A DNA stretch of 64,000 bases, taken from contig OY970303.1 in the NCBI GenBank assembly GCA_963716255.1, forward strand, positions 3,776,001 through 3,840,000, given 5' to 3'. The DNA is from an uncultured Gemmatimonadales bacterium (GTDB lineage: Bacteria > Gemmatimonadota > Gemmatimonadetes > Longimicrobiales > Longimicrobiaceae). Position numbers and translations under genes: made by a program. Every line of letters starts with the position of its first letter. Position 1 is the stretch's first letter. Positions 21,599-30,496 of this stretch are shown here, piece after piece. Below the pieces are notes generated by a model. It was not told where the DNA came from, made no database searches, and saw only the letters and a program-made list of their open reading frames with translations.

Positions 21599-21728
21599 TA
21601 TATCCCCCAATTCTGGGGGAGGGCTTCCCGCGCCTCCGCTTTGTCGTGCTCCCCCCAGGGGCCCGGGGGAGGGGGTCCGCCGTCGCCGTTGCAGGCTGTT
21701 CCCTGTTCCCTGTTCCCCAAGTAGCTCC

Positions 21729-22862
21729 GTGCCCACACGCATCCTGCTCGTCGAGGACAACCCCGGCGACGCGCGGCTGATCCGGGAGACGCTGCGCGAG
21801 GCGGAGTCGTTTCCCTTCGAGCTGGCGCACGCCGACCGGCTCGCGGCGGCCGAGGAGCGGCTGGCGGGGGAGGCGTTCGACGTGGTGCTGCTGGACCTGT
21901 CGCTCCCGGACGCGCACGGGCTGGAAACGGTGCGGCGCACCCTCGCGGCGGCGCCGGAGGCGCCGATCGTCGTGCTCACCGGGCTGGACGACGAGACGCT
22001 GGCGGTGGCGGCGGTGCAGGCGGGGGCGCAGGACTACCTGGTGAAGGGGCGGCTGGACGGAACCCTGCTGGCGCGGGCCATCCGCTACGCCGTGGAGCGC
22101 AAGCGATTGGAGCGCGAGCGCGCCGCGCTGCTGCGCAGCGAGCGGGAGGCGCGCGCGACGGCCGAGGCGGCGGTGCGCGCCCGCGACGACGTGCTGCGCG
22201 TGGTGTCGCACGACCTGGGGAACTCGCTGAGCGCGGTGCTGGTGACTACCACCCTCCTGCTGCGCTCCCTCCCCGCGGAGGGCGAGGTGCGGCAGCGGGT
22301 GGCGAGCATCCGCCAGCTCGCCGAGCAGATGCAGCGGCTGCGGCAGGACCTGCTGGACGTCGCCAGCATCGAGGCGGGGCGGCTCTCCATCGAGCCGGAC
22401 TGGTGCGAGCCGCGGGAATTGCTGGAGGCCACCCGCGAGCACTTCTCGCCCGTGGCGGCGGAGCGCGGCGTGTCGCTGCGGGTGGAGGCGGAGGAAAGGC
22501 TGCCGCCCGTGGTCGCGGACCGCGAGCGCGTGCTGCAGGTGCTCGCCAACCTGGTGGGGAACGCGCTCAAGTTCACCCCGGCTGGCGGACGCATCGAGCT
22601 GTCGGCGGGGCGGGACCCGGAGGGGGTGCGCATCGCCGTGGCGGACACCGGGCCGGGGATCGCGCCGGAGCACCTGCCGCACGTCTTCGACCGGTTCTGG
22701 AAGACGCAGGGCGGCAACCGACACGGCGCGGGGCTGGGGCTGGCGATCTGCAAGGGGATCGTCGAAGCGCACGGGGGGAGCATCGGCGCCCGGTCGGTGC
22801 TCGGCGGGGGCAGCACCTTCGCCTTCACCCTCCCCGCCGCGGAGACCGGGCCGGAGGAGTAG
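21729..22862 (+). CDS. Hybrid receiver-histidine kinase
   Basis: [33 protein letters not shown]-box, NLVGNALKF, GAGLGLAIC. Confidence 0.92.
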   Translation: MPTRILLVEDNPGDARLIRETLREAESFPFELAHADRLAAAEERLAGEAFDVVLLDLSLPDAHGLETVRRTLAAAPEAPIVVLTGLDDETLAVAAVQAGAQDYLVKGRLDGTLLARAIRYAVERKRLERERAALLRSEREARATAEAAVRARDDVLRVVSHDLGNSLSAVLVTTTLLLRSLPAEGEVRQRVASIRQLAEQMQRLRQDLLDVASIEAGRLSIEPDWCEPRELLEATREHFSPVAAERGVSLRVEAEERLPPVVADRERVLQVLANLVGNALKFTPAGGRIELSAGRDPEGVRIAVADTGPGIAPEHLPHVFDRFWKTQGGNRHGAGLGLAICKGIVEAHGGSIGARSVLGGGSTFAFTLPAAETGPEE

Positions 22863-22972
22863 CCGGGAACGGCGAGACTCTGCGCCGCCCCGGCAACGGC
22901 GCGCGCGGCCTGCCTGTGGACACGGCGCCGCATGCGTTGCGGCGCCGGACCCCGTTTTCCGTCCGCCCTCGT

Positions 22973-23035
22973 TCAGCCTCCGGAAACCAGGATCAGGCCG
23001 CGGGGAGGCTGGGCGGGAGCGGAAATGGGGGACAT
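22973..23035 (-). CDS. Candidate 20-aa small protein MSPISAPAQPPRGLILVSGG
   Basis: Very strong RBS AGGAGGAG 4 nt before ATG, AT-rich upstream patch, downstream hairpin 22923..22948. Confidence 0.45.
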   Translation of the reverse strand: MSPISAPAQPPRGLILVSGG

Positions 23036-23277
23036 GGAGCTCCTCCTGGAGACAGGTGGATGGGCCACGGGCTGCCTGTGTAAAATTTTGGAGCAATCTG
23101 CGTTTCGGAATCATCTGATCCCGCCGCGGCGTCCGGACGGTCCACTGGGGTGGGGGACCGTCCGCCGGCCGGTCCCCCACTTCGCACTCCGCTCCGGCCG
23201 GGTCACACGGAATCCGTGTAGATCAGGCTCTTCGGGGCGTCAGCAAGCCGCTGAAGGCAGGGATGCCGTGCAGTTCT

Positions 23278-23326
23278 CCCCCTTTCCCCCGCTTGCGGGG
23301 GAGAGGGGGCCGGGGGGTGAGGGGGT
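23278..23326 (+). repeat. REP-like GC palindrome (CCCTCTCCC..GGGAGAGGG family)
   Basis: cccctttcccccgcttgcgggggagagggggccggggggtgagggg; related copies at 29361, 34441, 35437 and 21604. Confidence 0.7.
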
Positions 23327-23354
23327 CCATCCTCGCGGACGCCAGCGCGATGCC

Positions 23355-23494
23355 CGCGTGAGGGATGCGAGCGCGAAGCGGCGAGACCCGGCGGCAGTTT
23401 GCCGGGGCTCGCCTCCGTTACGCACGGTTGTTTCGTGCGTTACGGAGCCGCAGCCCGACCCCGGCGCAGCCGGGGGCACGCCCGAGCCCAGCCG
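23355..23494 (+). repeat. Structured intergenic repeat, copy 3
   Basis: Aligns with copy 1; nearly identical to copy 8 including the upstream flank. Confidence 0.85.
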
Positions 23495-23495
23495 T

Positions 23496-26400
23496 TCACC
23501 CCGACACGGCGGCATCCGGCATCAGGCCCGCACCGGTACAGACGGCCAGGGGGAGCACCAGCCACTGCGCCTCCGTGCCGCCCCGCACCTCGCTGGGGAG
23601 AGCCCACGTCCAGTCGCCGCAGCGCAGCGTCCTCTCCGTTGCCCCCGCGTCGCGGAAGCCGAAGGAGCGGTACAGCTGCATGGCGTCCGCCACCCGCTTC
23701 TTGGCGGCGGAGCCCGCCCCGGGGTCCACGGGCACGCGCACCAGCAGCACCGAGTACGCGTCCCCCGCGGCCCCGCGGGCCAGGCGGCGGACCAGGTCGC
23801 CGCCGATGCCGATCCCCCACAACCCGGGCGGCACGTACAGGTCGTCGGCGTCCCACTTCAGCACCCTCTCGGCGCCGTGCCCGCAGACGACCGCGAGCTG
23901 GGTGGTGAGGCGCGTGCCGTCGGTGTAGCCCAGGTCCATCTCGTAGGCCAGCGCGGTGAAGTCCTTGTCGCCCGGCTTGGCCCGACCTCCCTGCTTTTCC
24001 GCCTCGCCCTTCCACTCCTGCTCCCGCTCCCGCTTCCACTCCCGGAGCGCGTGGCCGTCGCCCGCCGGCCCCACGCGCACGTCCGTGTGAAGGCGCGCGG
24101 CGAGCCCCAGCCGCCCCTCCAGGAAACGGGCGAAGGGGAGCGGGAAGCCCGCCTTGAGGAGCGGCCACCAGAGCGCCACCAGCGGGGCCGAGGTCCAGCG
24201 GGCGGCGTAGTTCATCACCCCCAGGTACACCGGGTGCGAGAAGTTGCGCTCCAGGTCCTCGCAGCGGTACAGCTCGTACAGGAAGTTCAGCGCGGCGCGC
24301 ACCGCGTGCAGCGTCGCCACCGGGTCGTCCGCCGCGGGCATGGCCTCGCCCTCCCGCCCGGGCTGCGCGCCGTACAGCTTGGGGATCCACACCCGGCCGG
24401 CCCCGCCGGAGCGCTCCAGCGCCGCGACCTCCGGGTACACCTCGCGCAGCAGCGTGGCGCACCCCGGCTGGCGGAGGGTCCCGTCCAGGGCGGCCACGCC
24501 CTCCGTGAAGCGGTGGAGCCGCTCCACGGCCCCGTCCGGCACCGCCAGCCACTCGCGCCGCGCCCCGGAGAACACAGACGCGGTCCACGCCCGCTGCGCG
24601 TCCTGGCCCGGCACCGCCTCCTCCCGCGGCACGCTCTCCGCCACGCGGCGCAGCGCGGTGAGGGCGGCGAACTCGCCCAGGCGGCGGTACGCTTCCCACT
24701 GCGCCTCGTCGTAGAACTGGTCGATGGTGGTCTCGTGGGGGAAGGCGGCGTTGCGGGCGCGGTAGTGCCCCACGTCCGCGGGCTCGCCGCCGGTCAGGGT
24801 GGGCTTGAAGATGAGCAGGACGCCCGTGTCGCCGTCCGGGTAGTGGATGTCGCCCGCCACCATGTGCTGCCGCGCGAGCCCGTCCGCCCCGGGCCGCAGG
24901 GGCGCGAGGTCGATGCGCACGTCCACCCCGAAGTCCACGCGCACGCGCCGCACCAGGTTGCCTACGTCCTCGAACGTCCGCTCCCCGTCCTGCCCGCAGT
25001 CCGAGGCCACGATCACGCGGCAGTGGCGGCGGATCAGCTCGTAGACCGCCGTGTTCTCGAAGTGCGCCCCGTCCGACAGGTGAACGTCCGCGCCGGTGGC
25101 GCTGGTGGCCCCCAGCAGCTCCTTGTAGAACGGGAGCCCCACCCAGTTGCTGCGGCCGCTCCAGACGCGGTGCGGCCGCCAGCCGGGCGCGTCCTCGCGC
25201 GGCTCCGGCTCCGTCCCCCCTGCCGGGTGCCTGAGCCACAGCCCCAGCCGCAGCCCGAAGGCCGCCATGAGGAAGGTGGCCGCCGGGCCGAAGTACATGG
25301 ACTTGGCGCCCATGTTGGAGTTGAAGGCCGCGCCCGAGGCGGTGATCGCCGAGCCCAACGTGGGCACCTTCCCCGGCGCGTCCGGCCACCCCGCCCAGGC
25401 CGTACCCACCGAGAACCCCGCCCGCGACAGCACGGCGCTGGCCGCCCCCCGGTACAGCCCCGCCAGGGGATCGGTGGGAGCCAGGTCGTTGGCGGCGCAG
25501 CACACCAGGTGCACGGGCCCGCCGGCGGGGAGCTCGCACAGGGCCAGGTCGTCCGCCCCGTCGTCCTCGGTGACGCGGCCCACGTCGGTGCGGGCGCGCG
25601 GGCGCGACGCGCCCAGGTAGGCCCGCGCGAGCCGCGACCGGTAGAAGGCGTGCAGCCCCACCTGCTCCGGCTGGTAGAAGAACACCGTCAGCACCGTCAC
25701 CGCGGCCGCGGCGGCCACGGCCACGCCGTACGGGTCCAGCAGCCCGTACGCGGTGCCCGCCATGCCGTGCGCGGCCGCGAGCAGCGCGACCATGCCTACG
25801 GCGATGGCGGCCAGGATGGGATACGCCACCACCTTGGGGAGCACCCCCCTGATCCGCTGCGAGAGCTTGGGGCCGCCGGCGGGCCGGCGGTCCTGGGACG
25901 CGAATTTCTGCAGGCGGGTCTGCACCCACACGGCCAGCGCGATGGAGCCGCCGCCCGCCGCGGCCGTCCGGGCGCCGTGGCCCGCGGCGAGGTGCGCCAC
26001 CACGGTCCCGGCGCACCACAGGAGGGCGAACACCGTCCACGCCACCGTCAGGAACACCAGCCGGCTGGACACCCGGTCCAGCCCGCAGCGGAGCGCCCGG
26101 CCCCACCCGTAGCGGGCGGTGCGGGAGAACAGGAACCTCAGCAGCAGGAAGCCCACCAGGGCGCCGGCCCACACGGCGGCGGGCACCAGCAGCACCAGCC
26201 AGTCCGTCGCCAGCGCGCTGTCGTCCAGGAACGGGAGGCTGCCCGCCGCGGGCGGGCCGCCCACGCTGTTCCCCGAGACGCCGGCCGCCGCCGCCCACCC
26301 CGCGCCCGCCACCAGCACCGCCAGCGAGGCGGCCAGCCAGTAGGCGATGCCCATCGCCCTTTCGCCGCGGTTCGCCCACGCCACCTCGGCCGCGAGCATC

Positions 26401-26996
26401 ACCACGGCGGTGAGGCTCGCGACGGTCCAGGAGCCGCCCGGCACGCGCAGACGCAGCGCCACCCCGTCCTGCACGGCGAACATCAGCGACGCCACGGCGC
26501 CCAGCCCCGCGAACACCAGCACCAGCAGCGACAGCGCGGCGAGCAGCGACGGCACCATCCCGCCGAGCGCCGCCACCAGCATGCGCCCGGTGTCGTAGCT
26601 GAACACCCCCATGCGGGGCGACAGGAAGTTGCTGAACTCGCGCAGGTGGCGGATCTCGTCCGCCTCGCGCCCCGAGCAGGGGTCCGCCGCGTCCGGGAAC
26701 ACGCTCCCGCCCCTGCGCTTGCGCCAGGCGCTCCAGAACCCGCCCAGGTAGCCGCCGCCGGACACGGTGGACACGTAGTCGAACGCGCCCAGCAGCTCCA
26801 GCCGGTTGAGCCCCTGCACCAGCCCCAGGTTGTAGGTGGCGCTGCGGATGCCGCCGCCGGAGAGCGCCAGGCCGTACAGGTCGCCCGGCGGGTGGACCAG
26901 CCAGTCCGCGCCGCCCGGGGGCGGCGGGTCCGGCAGCTCCAGCTCGGCCTGCACCAGCCCCTCGATGCCGGGGGCGTAGCACTCGTCAGTGGTCAT
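23496..26996 (-). CDS. Patatin/cPLA2-like multi-TM protein with C-terminal GNAT-like domain
   Basis: GLALSGGGIRSA, DYVSTVSGGG, LSDGAHFEN, FPHETTIDQFYDEAQWEAYRRLG; tail LYVPPGLWGIGIG..AMQLYRSFGF. Confidence 0.85.
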   Translation of the reverse strand: MTTDECYAPGIEGLVQAELELPDPPPPGGADWLVHPPGDLYGLALSGGGIRSATYNLGLVQGLNRLELLGAFDYVSTVSGGGYLGGFWSAWRKRRGGSVFPDAADPCSGREADEIRHLREFSNFLSPRMGVFSYDTGRMLVAALGGMVPSLLAALSLLVLVFAGLGAVASLMFAVQDGVALRLRVPGGSWTVASLTAVVMLAAEVAWANRGERAMGIAYWLAASLAVLVAGAGWAAAAGVSGNSVGGPPAAGSLPFLDDSALATDWLVLLVPAAVWAGALVGFLLLRFLFSRTARYGWGRALRCGLDRVSSRLVFLTVAWTVFALLWCAGTVVAHLAAGHGARTAAAGGGSIALAVWVQTRLQKFASQDRRPAGGPKLSQRIRGVLPKVVAYPILAAIAVGMVALLAAAHGMAGTAYGLLDPYGVAVAAAAAVTVLTVFFYQPEQVGLHAFYRSRLARAYLGASRPRARTDVGRVTEDDGADDLALCELPAGGPVHLVCCAANDLAPTDPLAGLYRGAASAVLSRAGFSVGTAWAGWPDAPGKVPTLGSAITASGAAFNSNMGAKSMYFGPAATFLMAAFGLRLGLWLRHPAGGTEPEPREDAPGWRPHRVWSGRSNWVGLPFYKELLGATSATGADVHLSDGAHFENTAVYELIRRHCRVIVASDCGQDGERTFEDVGNLVRRVRVDFGVDVRIDLAPLRPGADGLARQHMVAGDIHYPDGDTGVLLIFKPTLTGGEPADVGHYRARNAAFPHETTIDQFYDEAQWEAYRRLGEFAALTALRRVAESVPREEAVPGQDAQRAWTASVFSGARREWLAVPDGAVERLHRFTEGVAALDGTLRQPGCATLLREVYPEVAALERSGGAGRVWIPKLYGAQPGREGEAMPAADDPVATLHAVRAALNFLYELYRCEDLERNFSHPVYLGVMNYAARWTSAPLVALWWPLLKAGFPLPFARFLEGRLGLAARLHTDVRVGPAGDGHALREWKREREQEWKGEAEKQGGRAKPGDKDFTALAYEMDLGYTDGTRLTTQLAVVCGHGAERVLKWDADDLYVPPGLWGIGIGGDLVRRLARGAAGDAYSVLLVRVPVDPGAGSAAKKRVADAMQLYRSFGFRDAGATERTLRCGDWTWALPSEVRGGTEAQWLVLPLAVCTGAGLMPDAAVSG

Positions 26997-27055
26997 GGGA
27001 CGGGAAAGGAGGGGGGCGGTGCTGCGGGAGGAGGGCGCCGCGACGTGCGCTCGGC

Positions 27056-27084
27056 ACGGTAATGCGGCCCCTTGCGAGCGTCAA
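27056..27084 (-). promoter_or_regulatory. sigma70-like promoter of the patatin-like gene
   Basis: Minus strand TTGACG-N17-TACCGT. Confidence 0.5.
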
Positions 27085-27128
27085 TCTTTTCAGTCGGGGA
27101 AGCCGGGGCCGCCGTCCGACACCGGAGC

Positions 27129-27158
27129 CGCGTGAGGGATGCCCGCCCGGACCCGCCG
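27129..27158 (+). repeat. Structured repeat, internally deleted copy 4
   Basis: 5' end cgcgtgagggatgc joined directly to 3' end cgcccggacccgccg. Confidence 0.6.
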
Positions 27159-27169
27159 TTCGAAGCCGT

Positions 27170-27838
27170 TCAGGCCGTTCCCAGCCTGGCCTTCAGCACC
27201 CCGGTCTCCAGGGCGAAGCGAACCAGCTCGGCGCGGTGCGTGAGCCCCAGCTTCTGCATCAGGCGCGAGCGGTAGGTGTCCACCGTCTTCGGCGACAGGA
27301 ACAGCTTCCTGCCGATCTCCCCGGAGCCGTACCCCTCCGCCGACAGCTTCAGCACCTCGCGCTCCCGCTCGCTCAGGTCGTGCAGCGGGTCGTTCTCGCC
27401 GTGCCCCGCCGTCTTGTAGCCGCGCAGCAGGAGGCGCGTGGCGCTGGGGTACAGGAACACCTCGTCGCGGGCCACGGTGCGCACCGCCAGGATCAGGTCC
27501 CTGTCGGCGCTGGTCTTCTGGACGTAGCCGCTGGCGCCCGCCTCCAGCACCGGGAGCAGGTACTCCTCTTCCGCGTGCGAGGTGAGGATCAGCACCCGCG
27601 TCCCCGCGTCCAGCGCCATGACCTGGCGGGTGGCCTCCATCCCGCCCATCCCCGGCATCGCCAGGTCCATCACCACCACGTGGGGGCGGAGGGCGCGCAC
27701 CCGCTCGATCGCCTCCTCGCCCGTGGACACCTCGCCCACCACGTCCATGTCCGGCTCCAGGCCGAGCAGCGCGCGCAGGCCCCCGCGGAGCACCGCGTGG
27801 TCGTCGGCAAGAAGGACGCGGATCTTGTCGGGTATCAT
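27170..27838 (-). CDS. NarL/LuxR-family response regulator
   Basis: IRVLLADDH, VMDLAMPG, LSEREREVL..LFLSPKTVDTYRSRLMQKLG. Confidence 0.95.
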   Translation of the reverse strand: MIPDKIRVLLADDHAVLRGGLRALLGLEPDMDVVGEVSTGEEAIERVRALRPHVVVMDLAMPGMGGMEATRQVMALDAGTRVLILTSHAEEEYLLPVLEAGASGYVQKTSADRDLILAVRTVARDEVFLYPSATRLLLRGYKTAGHGENDPLHDLSEREREVLKLSAEGYGSGEIGRKLFLSPKTVDTYRSRLMQKLGLTHRAELVRFALETGVLKARLGTA

Positions 27839-27884
27839 CGCTCACCAGGTTGAAAAAGGAGAATCCGGAGCTCGCCCCCCACCC

Positions 27885-28445
27885 TCACACCAGCCCGGCG
27901 ACGGCGGCCCCCACCCCGTACGACACCGCCGCCGCCACGGCGCCCACCAGCAGCATCTCCAGCCCCGCGCGCCACCAGCGCAGCGAGGTGACGAGCGCCC
28001 GCAGCGCGCCCACCACGAACAGCGTCACCAGCGTCATCGCCACCGCCACGCGCAGCCGCAGCTCCGGCGGGGCGAGCACGTAGGGGACGAGCGGCACGCT
28101 CCCCGCCACCACGAAGGCGCCCAGCGTGGCGAGGCCGTGCCGGAAGGGGAAGGGCTCCTGCATGGCCTCGCCGCGCGTGGCCCGCACCGCCTCTTCCGAG
28201 CGGATGGAAAGGAAGCTGCTCGCCCCCATGGAGAAGCCGTCCGCCAGGAGGTTCGCCACGCCCAGGATCAGGGCCACCGCGGGATCCAGCGCCGCCCCGG
28301 CCACCCCCGTGACCACCGCGAAGGTGGTGATGATGCCGTCGTTGGCGCCGTACACCAGGTCGCTCAGGTAGTGGCGCACCAGCTCCACCCCGGGGCCGGG
28401 CTCGTGGCTGCGGCGAAGCTCCCGCAGCTCGGGTGAGGCGGCCAC
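27885..28445 (-). CDS. VIT1/CCC1 family Fe/Mn transporter
   Basis: VYGANDGIITTFAVVTG, ANLLADGFSMGAS. Confidence 0.9.
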   Translation of the reverse strand: MAASPELRELRRSHEPGPGVELVRHYLSDLVYGANDGIITTFAVVTGVAGAALDPAVALILGVANLLADGFSMGASSFLSIRSEEAVRATRGEAMQEPFPFRHGLATLGAFVVAGSVPLVPYVLAPPELRLRVAVAMTLVTLFVVGALRALVTSLRWWRAGLEMLLVGAVAAAVSYGVGAAVAGLV

Positions 28446-28448
28446 CGG

Positions 28449-28925
28449 CTACCCCGCCGCGCCGCCGGGGACGGCCTCGCGGCCGGACACGTCCTGCACC
28501 GCGATGCGGAAGAGCACCTGGCGGAAGGCCACCGGGTCGTCCGCGGTGAAGGTCTCGGGGAGCAGCGTGCGCAGCAGCCCCAACGCCTCTTCCCACTCGG
28601 CCTGCTGTCCCGCGGCGCCGTCCGGCGGGATGGTGTAGAAGCCGCCGTGCACCACCACGCTCCGCCAGCGGAACAGCTCTTCCGCCTCGTCCACCTCGAA
28701 GGCCACCGGCCACCAGGTGTCGCCCGTGGTCTCCAGCATCGCCCCGTGGCGGGTGCGGCCGTAGATCCATGCCCGGTGAAAGACGTAGTGCACGGGCTGG
28801 ATGTCGATGCGGTTCCCCCTTGCGTACGCGACGCGGCCGACGTGGTTGCGCGCCAGCACGGCGTCGCACTCGGCGCGGTTCAGCGTGCGGATGAGGGGCG
28901 TGGGATGGCTGCTCACCTTGGGCAT
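28449..28925 (-). CDS. Pyridoxamine 5'-phosphate oxidase-like (NimA-like) flavin-binding protein
   Basis: ECDAVLARNHVGRVAY, PVHYV, VAFEVD, WRSVVVHG. Confidence 0.85.
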   Translation of the reverse strand: MPKVSSHPTPLIRTLNRAECDAVLARNHVGRVAYARGNRIDIQPVHYVFHRAWIYGRTRHGAMLETTGDTWWPVAFEVDEAEELFRWRSVVVHGGFYTIPPDGAAGQQAEWEEALGLLRTLLPETFTADDPVAFRQVLFRIAVQDVSGREAVPGGAAG

Positions 28926-29020
28926 CCTGGGTTGGGGACCGCGGGGTTCGCCGTGGGATCCGTTCCTGCCGCAAGACCCCGACCATTCCGTGCATGAGGA
29001 ACGGCCCGAACTGCTCTCGA

Positions 29021-29161
29021 CGGCCTGTCCGGGCGTGTCCCCCCGTGCCGGGGGGCCGGGCTGCGCGCGGAGTAGGACACGAAACTACCGTGTCCAACTC
29101 CGTCGAGCCCCCGCAAACCGCCGCGGGGTCTCGACCCTGCCGGGCGCGCATCCCTCACGCG
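29021..29161 (-). repeat. Structured intergenic repeat, copy 5 (divergent)
   Basis: Same architecture with compensatory stem swaps. Confidence 0.8.
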
Positions 29162-29360
29162 GTGGCGCCGCGCCGCCGGCGTCCCGCGCCACGACAAGGA
29201 TAGCTGCGAGGCGCGCCGTCCTCCGTCAGGCGGGCGCCGAACTTCCGACGGGACATCCCGGCACCGCTGTGCGCGGCGCGTGGGGAGTTTCCCCACGCAC
29301 GCACGGCGGGGCCCCGGCGCAGCCGCCGCCCGGGGCCCCGATCCCGCCCATCCGCCGTTG

Positions 29361-29401
29361 CCCTTCTCCCCCTTGCGGGGGAGGGGGCCGGGGAGAGGGG
29401 G
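29361..29401 (+). repeat. REP-like palindrome
   Basis: cccttctcccccttgcgggggagggggccggggagagggg. Confidence 0.7.
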
Positions 29402-29409
29402 CCTGCCGT

Positions 29410-29547
29410 CGCGTGAGGGATTACGGCCCGAAGGGGCGAGACCGCGCGGCTGTTTGCGCGGGCTCGACTCCGTTACGCACGGTCGTTTCGTGCGTTACGG
29501 AGCCGAAGCCCGACCCCGGCGCCAGCCGGGGGCACGCCCGAACCCGC
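29410..29547 (+). repeat. Structured intergenic repeat, copy 6
   Basis: Near identical to copy 1 apart from the variable stem. Confidence 0.85.
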
Positions 29548-29571
29548 TGTTCAAACCCGCCGTAGAACCCG

Positions 29572-30024
29572 CTACGCCGTCCCCGCGTGCCGGGCGATCT
29601 CGCCCAGCAGCTGCCCGGCGGTGAACGGCTTGGGGATGTAGCCGGAAAAGCCGCGCTCCAGCATGTCCTCGCGGGTGCGGCCCATCACGTCGGCGGTGAT
29701 GGCCACCACGGGAATGCCGCGGGTCTCGTCGTCGCCCTTGAGGCGCTCCAGCGCCTCCAGCCCGGTCATCACCGGCATCATGATGTCCATCAGGATCACG
29801 TCGGGCCTGCTCTCGCGGGCGGCCCTGAGCGCCTCCGCGCCGTCCATGGCGTGCAGCACGGCGTATCCGTAGCCCTCCAGCACGTCGCCCAGCACGGTGT
29901 GGAGGAGGCGCTCGTCGTCCGCCAGGAGGACGCGCCTGGGCCCGCCGTCCTGCGCGGGCGATGGGCTGGGGTCGTGGGGCATCTCCGGGGAGCGCGGCGG
30001 CTGCGCGGTCGGGGGAATGTTCAT
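29572..30024 (-). CDS. Single-domain response regulator (CheY/DivK-like)
   Basis: VLLADDE, PDVILMDIMMP, IPVVAITA, YIPKP; start could be 29982. Confidence 0.9.
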   Translation of the reverse strand: MNIPPTAQPPRSPEMPHDPSPSPAQDGGPRRVLLADDERLLHTVLGDVLEGYGYAVLHAMDGAEALRAARESRPDVILMDIMMPVMTGLEALERLKGDDETRGIPVVAITADVMGRTREDMLERGFSGYIPKPFTAGQLLGEIARHAGTA

Positions 30025-30074
30025 CCGGGGTGGTTCATGTGGGGAATCTCGTGGAATGTCGGGGCCGGCTCACC

Positions 30075-30089
30075 GCAAGCCACCTGCCA
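30075..30089 (-). promoter_or_regulatory. sigma54 promoter
   Basis: Minus strand TGGCAGGTGGCTTGC (GG-N10-GC). Confidence 0.6.
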
Positions 30090-30496
30090 CCTGCCTTTCC
30101 GCCGTGGCGCCGCCCCGGAACGGGCGGTCTATGTAGTGTAACGTGGGGACAGGCTCGCCGCACCTGTGGCTCCGGTGCAGCACGGCCGCGCGCCACACCG
30201 CGGGCGCGGGGTGTTTGCCGTCCCCGCGGTAACGCGGTGTGCCGGCGCGCCTTCCGCGGGCGCCGCGCCGCGGGGGCGGCGGCGCCGCGGCGCCCGGGCG
30301 CCTCGCCCGAAACGTGCAGAAACGTTCGTGGTCGGGAAGTACACGTCGGCCATGCGTTCCCTCCCCGGCACCGGCGGTTCCGCCGGGGAGCCGGATGCGC
30401 ATGGCCTTCCGGCTTCCGCGGCGACCGGTCGCGTGTCCTGCCCCGGATCCGACGACATCCACCCGGAGTCAAAGCCAGGGGCAAAAGGTCTCCTCC

